From contig JAEEQE010000002.1 in assembly GCA_016285145.1 (NCBI GenBank), positions 73,201 through 137,200 on the forward strand: a stretch of 64,000 bases of DNA. The letters are read 5' to 3'. A program made the translations under genes and the position numbers. The notes below the pieces were generated by a model. It was given only the letters and a program-made list of their open reading frames with translations. It made no database searches and was not told the origin of the DNA. Shown in pieces: positions 18,726 to 26,981 of the stretch. Source of the stretch: Bacteroidales bacterium. GTDB lineage: Bacteria > Bacteroidota > Bacteroidia > Bacteroidales > WCHB1-69. Every line of letters starts with the position of its first letter. Position 1 is the stretch's first letter.

Positions 18726-19940
18726 CTATTTTTTCCGGAGTTTCGTTTCCACTTCTAAAAGCATTTGGCGCAGATGGTCCAACTGTTTAACGGTATAATT
18801 CTTAAAATCAGTGTCTTTCGAGTACCATTCCGGTAGATTATTTGGCATCCAAAGGGAGAGGTTGTCATAAAGAGCCACTTCGTCGCGAATCGGGTATTCA
18901 CGATGTTTCTGCCGCAAATACTGCAGAATGCGCAGGCCATCGGCTTTTTCATGGAAAGCCTGCTCAAAGTGAGGCAAGTCTTTCACATTCTGTCGGATGC
19001 TTTTCCAAATATCAGTAGGAGATGCTGTTTTATTGGCGGTTTGGAGAAAATGTAAAAAATCGGTATCTATTGTATGATCAAATAGTTCGGGTATGCGATG
19101 GTAGGTGTTTTCTATATCGTTGAATAATGCATGGTGATAGATGGGGTATGCCGACCAATTGCCTCCGGCACCCTTGATGATGGCGGGGCCGGTGCCGAAA
19201 GCCACCCTGTTGGACGGGCGGGCGGAAGGAAACACCATTTCTTCATTATAAAGGCCTATCGGGGCCATTTTACGGAATTTCTGAAGCAGGTAGAAATCCT
19301 CGCCGCTTGGCAAAGGGGTGATGCCGCCGATTTTCCGAAGGGCTTCAGTGCGCATGGCGATGGCAGAGCCTAACGCTGTGAATCCGTAGGGCGATCCGAT
19401 TCGGAGAAGGTTGATGGCGTAGTTGCGCATGTAGCACTCGTAACGCAGGATGGCGCGGTTGGTGGCCTCATTGCCTGCGAGCGGGTGGTAATAGGGCACG
19501 GCAAGGGCCGGAATTTCCGGGCGGCGGGCGAAGGTATGCCGGACGGAAGCCAGATAGCGAGGCGAAATGCGCGTGTCGGCATCCAGGCTGACGATGATGT
19601 CCTCGCCCGCCGCCACGCTTAAGATTGTATCAAACAGGGTTTTACGCGCCCACCCGACGCCAGAATGTTTGTCATCCCAACCGTTTCCTTTGGAGGACTT
19701 GTCTATTATGTGCAAGTTTGAGACGGACAATTGACGCAAGTAGTCTAACAATTGTGCATTATGTTGGCAAATGGCCGATTTGTCAGGTATTTGCAAATAG
19801 GATTCAGGTTGGTTTATACATATATAAATATGGAAACGTCCAGCATCTTGCTGTTCGACAAGGTCTTGGAGAATCAACGGCAGTTCTTGCTGCTCGTCCA
19901 TGGCCGGAATGGCCACATAAATGTCAGGATTGTCCATCAC
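18726..19940 (-). CDS. family 2 glycosyltransferase
   Basis: N-terminal GT-A fold signature (YVAIPAMDEQQELPLILQDL, VSLDADTRI as the DxD motif). The start is GTG at 19940 or ATG at 19937, and either overlaps the stop of the upstream gene. Confidence 0.75.
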   Translation of the reverse strand: MMDNPDIYVAIPAMDEQQELPLILQDLVEQQDAGRFHIYICINQPESYLQIPDKSAICQHNAQLLDYLRQLSVSNLHIIDKSSKGNGWDDKHSGVGWARKTLFDTILSVAAGEDIIVSLDADTRISPRYLASVRHTFARRPEIPALAVPYYHPLAGNEATNRAILRYECYMRNYAINLLRIGSPYGFTALGSAIAMRTEALRKIGGITPLPSGEDFYLLQKFRKMAPIGLYNEEMVFPSARPSNRVAFGTGPAIIKGAGGNWSAYPIYHHALFNDIENTYHRIPELFDHTIDTDFLHFLQTANKTASPTDIWKSIRQNVKDLPHFEQAFHEKADGLRILQYLRQKHREYPIRDEVALYDNLSLWMPNNLPEWYSKDTDFKNYTVKQLDHLRQMLLEVETKLRKK

Positions 19941-20314
19941 TTGACGATGACGACCACTTCGCGGTTGCGGATGGCCTGATCCCAGTTCTCGCGGGCATAG
20001 ACGAATTTCAAAGTCTGTTTTCCCTTTTTCGTGGCTTCGAATTTCCAGAAAAGATGGGAAGAAGCGCCCACCATGCCCACTGGCGCGTTGCTCTCATAAC
20101 GTCTATCCTGCGGGCTCACAATCGTCAGTTCCGGTTCGTTTGTCAGCTGCCACCAAAAGCCCGTGGAAGCGTTGGTCAGGAATTCTATTTCAAAGGATTG
20201 ACCCTTCTTCACGGTCACCTCGTTGGTCTCCCGGTCCAGAATAATCATCTTTTTTTGTGAGGAACAGCCTGTGAGGATGAGCAATAGGGTGCAGATAAGC
20301 CAAAATTTTTTCAT
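19937..20314 (-). CDS. chagasin-family (I42) cysteine-peptidase inhibitor lipoprotein
   Basis: The internal ATG at 20314 gives MKKFWLICTLLLILTGCSS, a lipoprotein signal. Chagasin loop motifs are NASTGFWWQL (NPTTG-x-W-like), VGMVGASSHLFWKF and YARENW. The ORF-track N-terminal extension runs across the att repeat and is rejected. Confidence 0.75.
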   Translation of the reverse strand: MKKFWLICTLLLILTGCSSQKKMIILDRETNEVTVKKGQSFEIEFLTNASTGFWWQLTNEPELTIVSPQDRRYESNAPVGMVGASSHLFWKFEATKKGKQTLKFVYARENWDQAIRNREVVVIVK

Positions 20315-20336
20315 ACTGGTCTGGATTTTTACGCGG

Positions 20337-20344
20337 CAAAGATA
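20337..20344 (-). promoter_or_regulatory. candidate -7 box (TATCTTTG) for the chagasin-GT2 operon
   Basis: TAnnTTTG match on the minus strand, 22 nt upstream of the ATG at 20314. Confidence 0.5.
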
Positions 20345-20354
20345 CGTTTTTCTC

Positions 20355-20417
20355 CATAAAAAAAGTAGAGACGCAATACTTTGCGCCTCTACAATGTTTG
20401 GCGGACCGGACGAGACT
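20355..20417. repeat. direct repeat (distal att copy) holding a displaced tRNA-Asp 3' fragment and a copy of its terminator hairpin
   Basis: 58 of 63 positions match 24445..24507. Block 20355..20392 matches at 37 of 38, and block 20398..20417 (ttggcggaccggacgagact, the last 19 nt of tRNA-Asp plus 1) matches at 20 of 20. Confidence 0.85.
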
Positions 20418-20521
20418 AAGATAGTTCGTTGCACCTGAATGCTGCAGCTGTTTGTATTCATTTAATTACACTGCAAATACTTGAATTTCAGTAAAACGCG
20501 AATAGTCAAATAAATGAACAA

Positions 20522-21739
20522 TTACAGATTACCTATATTCCATTTCCAAAATGGCAGCACCTCAATTGTACCTGTATCAGTTTGGATAGTGTCGGTTTGG
20601 TTTTCTGTGATAATCAGCCCATTATGAATGGAGAATGTACGCATTGCTTCTTCTATGCCTGCCGTTTCACGATGCAGGTTATCAGGATTTAGTTCGGCAC
20701 ATACTTGTAACTATTGCGTGGGAGTACCTTTTTCCACCACCACAAAATCACATTCACCTTTTCCCTCAAAATAACAGATGTGCGGATATTGGTTTCTCAA
20801 TGCAATGTAAACAAGATTTTCCAAAAGGTGTCCTTCGTCTGTCATGGAATGGGTGGAAAGCGAGTAGGCAAGTCCGGTGTCAGCGGCGTAAATCTTTTTT
20901 GGACTAACCATTTGCGAGCGGACGGAGTAACTGTATTTCTCGACAAATGAAAACAAGTAGCTGTTTGCCAAATAATTACACCAGTTCAAAACGGTATTGG
21001 TGGCATTTACGGAGATTGCCTGTTTGATTTTTGAAGCGGAGAATTTGTTGCCGACATTCTGCATAAGGAAATTTGCCAACCTTTGCAGGGACGACACTTC
21101 CTTGATACCGTACCGCACAATAATGTCGCGATAGAGAATATCCTGAAACAGTGTTGTGAGTTGCTGTTTGTCTCCAGTCTTCAAATATTCGGGAAAACCT
21201 CCGGCAAACAGATATTCGTGGAAGGATTCGTATGAAGCAATTTGAGATTTCAATTTCAGAAATTCGGTATATGAGAACGGGAAAAGTTCCATCTGAATGT
21301 GCCTGCCGGTAAGGTGAGTGCCCAACTCCCGACTTAACAAAGAGGCATTGGAACCGGTAATCACAACTTTATAATGATTATCTAATTTCTGTCGCACATA
21401 AACCTCCCAATTAGGCAATGATTGAATCTCGTCGAACAGGAGCCATTGGGCATTATATTTCGCGATGACATTATCAAGGCGGCATAATCGTTAGTGCCGA
21501 AATCTATCAGCAGCGGATGCTCAAAGTTGATGTACAATGCAGGTTCGGGAAGTTGACGGTAGAGTTAGGCAAGCAGGGTACTTTTCCCACAACGCCTGAT
21601 GCCGCTAATGACGGTGGCGTGTGAAGCAATACTACCCAATGGGATAGTCTTTTCTCGTACGATTCCTGTCTCATCCGTAGAGATTCTGTCGTGCCATTCT
21701 TGAATTACCTGTTCGATAGTTTGTTGTAAGGTTGTTCAT
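20522..21739 (-). pseudogene. AAA ATPase (AAA_14 + DUF4143-like) gene, multiply disrupted
   Basis: My minus-strand reading gives ...TIEQVIQEWHDR...VISGIRRCGKSTLLA (Walker A), then an in-frame TAA (complement of 21565..21567). A frame change follows before DNVIAKYNAQWLLFDEIQ (Walker B), which continues into ORF 20711..21418. That ORF ends at an in-frame TAG (20711..20713). The family-typical C-terminus LQVCAELNPDNLHRE...LPFWKWNIGNL then continues in the same frame to a TAA at 20522..20524. The ATG at 21737..21739 is out of frame with the conserved N-terminus. Confidence 0.75.
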
Positions 21740-21740
21740 T

Positions 21741-21766
21741 TGTAGCGAACAATATTGTTCGCTACA
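21741..21766. promoter_or_regulatory. perfect 26-bp palindrome (candidate operator) overlapping a -7 box
   Basis: TGTAGCGAACAAT|ATTGTTCGCTACA lies between the pseudogene ATG (21739) and a TATTTTTG box (complement of 21765..21772). Confidence 0.5.
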
Positions 21767-21850
21767 AAAATACAAAATTAGTTTTAAATAACAAGTATAA
21801 AAATCAGCAAATAGAAGGTAAAAAATCAGCAAAAGAATGTGTGTGTGGTG

Positions 21851-22813
21851 CTATCTGTCAATGTTTGACAAGTGCTGCATCTTCCACAAGGCCATCGGAT
21901 GGTTTTCCACTCGTTCGATGATGTTGGAATTGTCAAAAAGCAAGTTCGGGGTGTAGTGTCCGGCGTTGAATTCCTCCACGAATCGCTTCTCCTGTTCGGA
22001 AAAATCAAGCAATTCCGTCAAGTATAACGACACCACCCGCTTGGTTTCTACATAATCAAACTTTTCCGATTTCCGAAGCATCGGAACCAGCGTTGCACGA
22101 ATTTGCGGATAATTTATCTTGTCACAGAAAGACAGGTCGTACTTCACTTGCGGCAGGTCTGAACCGCCCACGGCCAAGTAGAACAACACCATCTTTCGGA
22201 GCAAGTCGTGGTCAAACTCCCGTTCCAATCCCTTGTTCACCATCTGGTACACATCGTAAAGGTCTCTGCACGTGTGTCTTTCCACAAAGGCCTTGATTTT
22301 GCTGGCGAACAATTCCGTCGGATGGAGTGTCCTGACCGTAAATGCTGATAGCCCTGCAATTGCAGCACTGGTCTCCACCGTCGGTAAGATGTGGTTACGC
22401 ATCATATAGTTTATCTCAATCTTGATGTTGTCAGGGTTGCCGCCTGCATTGGTGTACATATACACCCACGAGTCCAGTGAGTGAGGATTCTTGCTGCCGG
22501 GGTGAAGAACGTATCCGTTAAGCGACATATAACGCTGGATGGTGTCGGTTATCAACGGTCTCTCCTCCAGCATTTCCTCCCGTGTGCAGTGGCGGTCATA
22601 GTCCAAGTCAATATCCACGGACAAACGCGGCATATCAAAAATGGTCAGATTGATAGCTGTTCCTCCTTTCAGAGCCAGCTTCCGGCCAAGATTTTCATCT
22701 TGGTTGAGGAAAGACAAAATTTCTGTCAGGCGATACACCTTTTCCAGATTATCGCGAACAAATCCTGTCTGCTGCGACAGTTTTTCCAATTGAAACCTAT
22801 CAAATACCGGCAT
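21851..22813 (-). CDS. abiEii: AbiEii/AbiGii-family nucleotidyltransferase toxin (type IV TA / abortive infection)
   Basis: 320 aa. LEKVYRLTEIL...LALKGGTAINLTIFDMPRLSVDIDLDY matches the DUF1814/AbiEii core. It overlaps the upstream antitoxin gene by 14 nt. Confidence 0.8.
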   Translation of the reverse strand: MPVFDRFQLEKLSQQTGFVRDNLEKVYRLTEILSFLNQDENLGRKLALKGGTAINLTIFDMPRLSVDIDLDYDRHCTREEMLEERPLITDTIQRYMSLNGYVLHPGSKNPHSLDSWVYMYTNAGGNPDNIKIEINYMMRNHILPTVETSAAIAGLSAFTVRTLHPTELFASKIKAFVERHTCRDLYDVYQMVNKGLEREFDHDLLRKMVLFYLAVGGSDLPQVKYDLSFCDKINYPQIRATLVPMLRKSEKFDYVETKRVVSLYLTELLDFSEQEKRFVEEFNAGHYTPNLLFDNSNIIERVENHPMALWKMQHLSNIDR

Positions 22814-23567
22814 AGCTTCCTTGTTCTAAGAACGATAAGATATTGTCGGGTGCATAGAGACCCCATTCCTTATGATATACATTGTCCTGCGAATCGGACT
22901 GGATGCGGTCAATCCCCTGCGCCCCACGGTCACGGCAGACATCCAAAAGCACTTCCCCGTCCTTAAGATTATTCATGAAGTGCGACAGGATAAATCCCGC
23001 TTTCTTGTACAATGTCCGTTTGTCGTATGCTTCCAGATAACGGATAATCATCTCACCGTCAAGGTATGGAACGGCATTCAGACACTGACACAATTCCTCC
23101 AATCCGCCACAACGGTCAAGCCGGTCAATGCAGTCAACAACGGTACGGGACAAATCCGTCACTCGTACCAAAGCATCCATCGGCGGCACATCCACGCCAA
23201 TGTCCAACTTGGCGGTGCAATATTGGTATGCCATCCCGTCACATTCAAACCCGTTGAAAAGCGAGCCGCTTGCAACGTATGTGGTGTAGAACACCTGATG
23301 TGCAAATCCATAGTACTCGAAAGCGGAATGATAGGCCACACACGCTGTAGGAGTGATGTGGGACGCTATCTGGAAACGATTGACCTCCATCGTCTTTGTT
23401 CCAAGATTGACAACTGCATACAAGTTCCTGCGGACACGTTTTACGAGTCCTGCTCCGGCGTAGCGGTTCAGCAGCACCAGAGCGGAATGCTTGTTGCCGA
23501 CAACTTCCACCACTTCATCCAGACTGAATATCCGCAACTCGTGGAATTTTTCAAGATAATTCAGCAT
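22800..23567 (-). CDS. abiEi: AbiEi-family antitoxin / transcriptional regulator
   Basis: The ATG at 23567 gives MLNYLEKFHELRIFSLDEVVEVVGNKHSALVLLNRYAGAGLVKRVRRNLYAV, an N-terminal winged-helix typical of AbiEi, followed by a COG5340-like C-terminal domain. It is positioned immediately upstream of abiEii. Confidence 0.75.
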   Translation of the reverse strand: MLNYLEKFHELRIFSLDEVVEVVGNKHSALVLLNRYAGAGLVKRVRRNLYAVVNLGTKTMEVNRFQIASHITPTACVAYHSAFEYYGFAHQVFYTTYVASGSLFNGFECDGMAYQYCTAKLDIGVDVPPMDALVRVTDLSRTVVDCIDRLDRCGGLEELCQCLNAVPYLDGEMIIRYLEAYDKRTLYKKAGFILSHFMNNLKDGEVLLDVCRDRGAQGIDRIQSDSQDNVYHKEWGLYAPDNILSFLEQGSYAGI

Positions 23568-23582
23568 ATTTAATTTTTTCGG

Positions 23583-23590
23583 CAAAAGTA
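23583..23590 (-). promoter_or_regulatory. candidate -7 box (TACTTTTG) for abiEi-abiEii
   Basis: TAnnTTTG match on the minus strand, 15 nt upstream of the ATG at 23567. Confidence 0.5.
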
Positions 23591-23610
23591 CACATTTTTA
23601 TATATCTTCG

Positions 23611-24360
23611 GTGCGATATTCAAAATTATTTCACCACAAAAAAGACCCCGACGGATTTCTCCGAAGGGGTCTCTGTGATGGGGTACGTGCGCTATGCTAT
23701 ATCACACCGCCCATTGTATTGGAACATAAGATAGCAAAATTGGAAACGACAAAACCAAAAGCGGTCAATTACTTGACCTGGGATGAGTTTGAGCGTCTGT
23801 TTAACTACAAGTTCAAGGCAGGTGAATCACATCTTGAACTTACACGGGACAGGTTCTGTTTCTGCTGTGCCACATTGCTGCGCCATAGCGATATGGAGAT
23901 TTTGAAAAAGGCGGACTTTGATGACCACGACAACCCAACGTCATTTTCGTTTGTCAGCAAGAAGACTCACGACTCGCTTACTATCTTCTTGAACAAGTAC
24001 AGCAGCGCCATCTACCAGAGATACAAAGACATTCCCACCAAAGATGGACTGATGTTCCCGCCGAAGAGCAATCAGAAGATGAACGACAATCTGAAAGTCA
24101 TTGCCGAGATGCTGGGATTCACGAGAAATATCACCAAGATGCAGTTCTGCGGGAAGGAACGTGTTGATGAAACCTGTCGTTTGTGCGATGTGATTGGCAC
24201 CCATTCGGCGAGAAGAACGTTTGTGGTCCATGCGATGGAAATGGGGTGGTCGCCCCAGTTGGTGATGACATACACAGGGCACGAAAGTTACGACACGATG
24301 AAACCATATATCGCGCTGACAGACAAGACGAGGAAGAAAATGATGGAGACAAACTTCTAA
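23611..24360 (+). pseudogene. tyrosine recombinase/integrase remnant (catalytic domain only, 5'-truncated)
   Basis: The ORF starts at a GTG. Only the C-terminal catalytic domain is recognisable (YLTWDEFERLF..., LLRHSD, GTHSARRTFV as H-x-x-R, TGHESYDTMKPYI with the catalytic Tyr). Bacteroidota integrases of this type are about 400 aa, with N-terminal arm and core-binding domains that are missing here. The first ~30 codons overlap a hairpin (AGACCCC...GGGGTCT). Confidence 0.65.
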
Positions 24361-24379
24361 CAAAGGAAGGGAGATTATG

Positions 24380-24413
24380 CAAGGGAGATAGCGCTGCTGT
24401 CTCCTTGTTTTTT
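24380..24413 (+). terminator. candidate intrinsic terminator after the integrase remnant
   Basis: CAAGGGAGA ...11 nt... TCTCCTTG forms a stem with one bulged G, followed by TTTTTT. Confidence 0.45.
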
Positions 24414-24444
24414 GTCAATCAGCAAGTTAGGTGCATTTTTTAGA

Positions 24445-24507
24445 CATAAAAAAAGTAGAGACGCAATACTTTGCGTCTCTACTTTTCTTGGCGGACCGGA
24501 CGAGACT
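24445..24507. repeat. direct repeat (proximal att copy) overlapping the tRNA-Asp 3' end and its terminator
   Basis: Partner of 20355..20417, matching at 58 of 63 positions. Confidence 0.85.
24448..24482 (-). terminator. intrinsic terminator of tRNA-Asp
   Basis: Perfect 12-bp hairpin GTAGAGACGCAA-agta-TTGCGTCTCTAC on the minus strand, followed by TTTTTTT. Confidence 0.8.
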
Positions 24508-24566
24508 CGAACTCGCGACCCCATGCGTGACAGGCATGTATTCTAACCAAACTGAACTACCGATCC
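24489..24566 (-). tRNA. tRNA-Asp (anticodon GTC), CCA encoded
   Basis: Manual fold: GGATCGG TA GTTC AGTTTGGTTA GAAT A CATGC CTGTCAC GCATG GGGTC GCGAG TTCGAGT CTCGT CCGGTCC G CCA. The cloverleaf is canonical, with a GTTCGA T-loop, discriminator G and anticodon GTC. Confidence 0.9.
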
Positions 24567-24585
24567 GTTTGTTTTTAAAACGCTG

Positions 24586-24593
24586 CAAAAATA
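24586..24593 (-). promoter_or_regulatory. candidate -7 box (TATTTTTG) for tRNA-Asp
   Basis: TAnnTTTG match on the minus strand, about 20 nt upstream of the mature tRNA 5' end. Confidence 0.55.
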
Positions 24594-24673
24594 CACTTTT
24601 TTTTGTTTGGTCGTATTATTTTAATAATAATTTTTTTAATCGCTCAAATCACTAAACCACAATTAGTTATAAA

Positions 24674-26944
24674 TTAAAAACGCCAGGTGAGTCCGAAATA
24701 GTAGAGGAAGGGAAGCTGATAAATGATGTCATTTGTGGTTCGATTTACGTAAAAAACGTTCTTATAGTTATACACGTTGGAGAGCGAAACGCTCAGTTCC
24801 AGTGAGTGGCGTTCGCCGAGGAAGAACTTCTTTTTGGCGCCAATGTCAAGGCGGTGGTAATTCGGCAGACGGGCTTTGTTGTAATCGGCCAGGATGAAAT
24901 CCACATCCTCGTTGATGGTCGTATAGTCATCAATGATGCCGGACGGGACATAATTCGGGAAGAAGGCCTGCGTTTGTGTGAACGGGAATCCGGTGCCGAA
25001 GTTCCAGCGTGCGTTGATCTGCCAGGAATGGCGTTTCCCGAAAGAGTAGGAGGCCAGAAGGTTGATGTTGTGCCGCCGGTCAAAGTGCGGGAAATAATCC
25101 ATTTTGTCATCTTGCCGTTTCACCCAGCCTAACGAATAGACGAGCCATACATAATAGCCCTTGTTGTCGTATTTCACTGTGATGTCACCCCCGTATGCTT
25201 TGCCCTTTTCCCAGATGAACTCCTTCTCGTCGTCAAATTGCTTGTAGCGGTTGGCTGAAATCAATTGGGAAAAATTCTTGAAATAGCCTTCCATATTGAA
25301 GGAAAGGGTTGGGATAGGATCGTATTCGAGACCGAGGATGATATGCTGCGACTTTTGCAGGCGGCTCTCCATTTCTTCTTCCCGGAACGTTGGGGTCATG
25401 TAGGTGTTTTCGGGAGAAGACAGGAATCCCTGGAACAGACTCACCACATCATTGTCGGAAGTGATGGAAATCAGGTTCTGGGAATAGAGACCACCCGCTA
25501 ATTTCAAACGCAAGTTCTTGAGAATGTTGTACTTGAAGGCTAATCTGGGTTCGGGGGAAACCTCCCCTAAGGAATAGTAGTATTGCAACCGGAAGCTGGG
25601 TTCTATAAGGATTTTGTTGCGCCAATTGTATTTGAATTTGGCAAAAATCGACATGTCCGTCGTATGGTCTTCAATGGTGTTTTCAGATCCCAATCGGGAG
25701 TAATAGCGGTACATGGTGTTGAATCCGACGGCCTCGGCCCCGATTTGGAGCAGACTTTTACCCAAATAATAGTTGAAAGAGAGGTTGAAGGTGAAGCCAT
25801 CCATGGAACTGTTTTTCGGAGTAAACATTTTATCATCCAGCAAACAAGCATACCGGGAATAAGAAAGAGAGCCATCGATGGTGGTGGGTGCATCGCCGGG
25901 CACAATCTGGAAATTAGCCCCCACACCCCAGTTATTCCAATTATAATCAGCTACTTCTTTGTAATTTACTTTATCGGCAAAGCGGAATCCGAACAGGTTC
26001 AGTTTAGTGCCGTTTTGGGTGGCCAGCGTCACTTTGCCGTATAAATCCAAGAAGTTGTAGGGCAGGCCGGATTCGCCCACGTATGGGTAGAACAGTTTGG
26101 AGGCTTGTTGCAAGTACGATCCTTTGGCAGAGAGGATGAAGCTCAAAGAGGTCTTGCGGTCGTTTTTGAGTTTCACAATAGGACCTTCCAACAAGACCTG
26201 TCCCATGATGTTGCTGAGGTCGATTTTTCCGGACAGGTGTTTTTTGTTGCCGTCGCGGGTTTTGATATCCATAACGGAGGATATTCTGCCCCCGAATTCC
26301 GCTCCATAGCCGCCGGTGTAGATGTCGGCGCTGCTCATGATGTCCATGTCGAAGACAGAGAAGATGCCGATGGAGTGGAAGGGATTGTAGAGCAGCACGC
26401 CGTCCAACAGCAGCATGTTCTGCACGGGTGTGCCGCCGCGTACATACAGCTGGCCGCCCTGGTCGCCAGTGGAGATGATGCCCGGCAGCACTTGCAAATA
26501 CTGCGCAAAGTCGGGTTGGCCGCCAATAGAGGGCATCTTGCTCATATCCTTGGGCGTGACACTGATGACGGAGGTGCGCGTCTCCTGCTCCTTGCGCTGT
26601 CCTTCGCCCACAATCTGCACGGCATCCAACGTGGTGGAGGATGGGGTGAGCGAATATCGTTTGGTGATGATGGCATTGCGCACCTCAATGGTGTCGTAAA
26701 GGTCGGTATAGCCCAAATAAGAGACTTTCACCACGTATGTTCCCTGCGGGATCTTGTTGATGACAAAAGCGCCTTTCTCATCCGACAAAGCCCCATAGCT
26801 GGTGCCTTGTAGCAGGATGGTACAATAGGGGAGCGTTTCACCATTGGAATCATCGTAGGTAAAGCCTTTTAATAGGGCTGATTGTGCTGAAGATATTAAT
26901 ACACAGCAGGATATGATTAATATAAGAAGTAAAAAGCGTTTCAT
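24674..26944 (-). CDS. TonB-dependent outer-membrane receptor with an N-terminal carboxypeptidase-regulatory-like domain
   Basis: The internal ATG at 26944 gives signal peptide MKRFLLLILIISCCVLISSAQS. This is followed by LKGFTYDDSNGETLPYCTILLQGTSYGALSDEKGAFVINKIPQGTYVVKVSYLGYTD (CarbopepD_reg-like), a plug region, and a long beta-barrel ending in ...GLTWRF with a terminal aromatic residue. The ORF-track N-terminal extension overlaps purD and is rejected. Confidence 0.8.
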   Translation of the reverse strand: MKRFLLLILIISCCVLISSAQSALLKGFTYDDSNGETLPYCTILLQGTSYGALSDEKGAFVINKIPQGTYVVKVSYLGYTDLYDTIEVRNAIITKRYSLTPSSTTLDAVQIVGEGQRKEQETRTSVISVTPKDMSKMPSIGGQPDFAQYLQVLPGIISTGDQGGQLYVRGGTPVQNMLLLDGVLLYNPFHSIGIFSVFDMDIMSSADIYTGGYGAEFGGRISSVMDIKTRDGNKKHLSGKIDLSNIMGQVLLEGPIVKLKNDRKTSLSFILSAKGSYLQQASKLFYPYVGESGLPYNFLDLYGKVTLATQNGTKLNLFGFRFADKVNYKEVADYNWNNWGVGANFQIVPGDAPTTIDGSLSYSRYACLLDDKMFTPKNSSMDGFTFNLSFNYYLGKSLLQIGAEAVGFNTMYRYYSRLGSENTIEDHTTDMSIFAKFKYNWRNKILIEPSFRLQYYYSLGEVSPEPRLAFKYNILKNLRLKLAGGLYSQNLISITSDNDVVSLFQGFLSSPENTYMTPTFREEEMESRLQKSQHIILGLEYDPIPTLSFNMEGYFKNFSQLISANRYKQFDDEKEFIWEKGKAYGGDITVKYDNKGYYVWLVYSLGWVKRQDDKMDYFPHFDRRHNINLLASYSFGKRHSWQINARWNFGTGFPFTQTQAFFPNYVPSGIIDDYTTINEDVDFILADYNKARLPNYHRLDIGAKKKFFLGERHSLELSVSLSNVYNYKNVFYVNRTTNDIIYQLPFLYYFGLTWRF

Positions 26945-26967
26945 TTGGCAGGGTAAAAATAAGGCGG

Positions 26968-26975
26968 CAAAGATA
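26968..26975 (-). promoter_or_regulatory. candidate -7 box (TATCTTTG) for the TonB-dependent receptor
   Basis: TAnnTTTG match on the minus strand, 23 nt upstream of the ATG at 26944. Confidence 0.5.
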
Positions 26976-26981
26976 TGAAAA

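Larger units (their letters stand above)
20355..24507. mobile_element. decayed integrative islet in the tRNA-Asp 3' end (AbiE pair, ATPase pseudogene, truncated integrase)
   Basis: It is flanked by 63-bp direct repeats that include the tRNA 3' end. A tyrosine-recombinase remnant lies next to the intact tRNA. The 4,027 bp between the repeats carries only accessory or defence-type genes. Confidence 0.75.

Noticed and set aside
18726-20314. Whether the chagasin-GT2 operon belongs to the tRNA-Asp islet
   Set aside because: It lies outside the direct repeats. Its promoter directly follows the displaced tRNA terminator copy, as expected for the original chromosomal neighbour of the tRNA.
23640-23675. 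The hairpin AGACCCC...GGGGTCT flanked by A/T tracts, inside the first codons of the integrase ORF, considered as a possible functional terminator feature
   Set aside because: The 7-bp stem with a 16-nt loop is weak, and there is no upstream minus-strand gene for it to terminate. It is noted only as support that the integrase ORF's first ~30 codons are probably non-coding.
24431-24655. A 74-aa plus-strand ORF across the tRNA-Asp locus
   Set aside because: It overlaps the tRNA, its terminator and its promoter on the opposite strand, and has no coding signal.
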